Assembly: GCF_018977255.1 (NCBI RefSeq)
Contig: NW_024704742.1
Coordinates: 112,160,001-112,224,000 of the forward strand
DNA length: 64,000 nucleotides
DNA from: Callorhinchus milii
Taxonomy: Eukaryota
Direction of reading: 5' to 3'
Made by a program: the position numbers and the translations under genes. Each line of letters begins with the position of its first letter. The stretch's first letter is position 1. A model generated the notes under the pieces. It did not search any database, was not told the DNA's origin, and saw only the letters and a list, made by a program, of their open reading frames with translations. Positions 63,455 to 64,000 of the stretch are shown here, in pieces.

Positions 63455-63705
63455 CGGTGCATTCTGTTCAGATGAACGTTAAAGATCCCATGGCACTGTT
63501 CGAAAAGATAAGGAAGTTTCTCCCAGTATCTTAGCCCATAATCCCCCAAATAAAATTGATCATTCGTTTCATCACTTGTGGGATATTGCTGTGCTCAGCT
63601 GTGCTGCCTACAAATACAGTCACTCCATTTCACAGTAATTCCAGTGAAGCGCTTTGAGACGTTTTGACTTGATAAGGCACTTTAACAATTGCAAGGATTA
63701 TTATC
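63455..63705 (+). mobile_element. Old DeuSINE-type SINE
   Basis: aagatcccatggcactgttcgaa (Deu domain)...gtgaagcgctttgagacg...gcaaggattattat. Confidence 0.75.
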
Positions 63706-64000
63706 ATATGATTTGTGAAGTGTACTATTTCTCTACATTGACTGGAGGTACAAGTTATGTAAAATTATGTATCTTCTGCACAGTGACCTGTTGATTAACC
63801 TTGCTAAGTTACTCAAAAATTTCTGAGTTGAAATAGGTTTGTACATGCAAAACATTGTGCTTCCAAAAGTTGCTAGAATTGAAAACCATGCAAATTGCAA
63901 TTGAAGTGGCAATACATATGAAAGCACAGTACTTATTATGGCTCATGTTTTCCTGGAATCCTACTTTTACTTATCTGGTAGGGATATTGCATGGTTGCTG

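Overview
Vertebrate nuclear DNA. The repeat repertoire (L2 and CR1 LINEs, tRNA/Deu-type SINEs with (ATT)n tails, Penelope-type fragments) points to a cartilaginous fish, probably a holocephalan; this is an inference. The only recognisable host gene is the 5' end of TMEM161B on the + strand: a CpG-island promoter, an ATG-only coding exon 1 (48603-48605), a 12-kb intron 1 and a 104-nt exon 2 (60626-60729). Exon 3 was not found and probably lies beyond the window. Upstream, about 8-22 kb is almost transposon-free and rich in transcription-factor motifs, as expected for the conserved regulatory desert on the MIR9-2/MEF2C side of TMEM161B; miR-9 itself was not found. The 27-56 kb region is a dense nest of transposons. 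Best leads: (1) a ~140-bp TSD-flanked element carrying a minimal hammerhead-ribozyme motif, split by an L2 across its predicted cleavage site; (2) an 8.3-kb TIR-bounded element filled with a 7.9-kb (TG)-rich 20-mer satellite; (3) a frame-preserving 27-nt microexon candidate and a uORF for TMEM161B; (4) an antisense non-coding exon candidate; (5) an unclassified old repeat family and a fold-back element. Almost all ORFs in the supplied track are transposon-derived or spurious.
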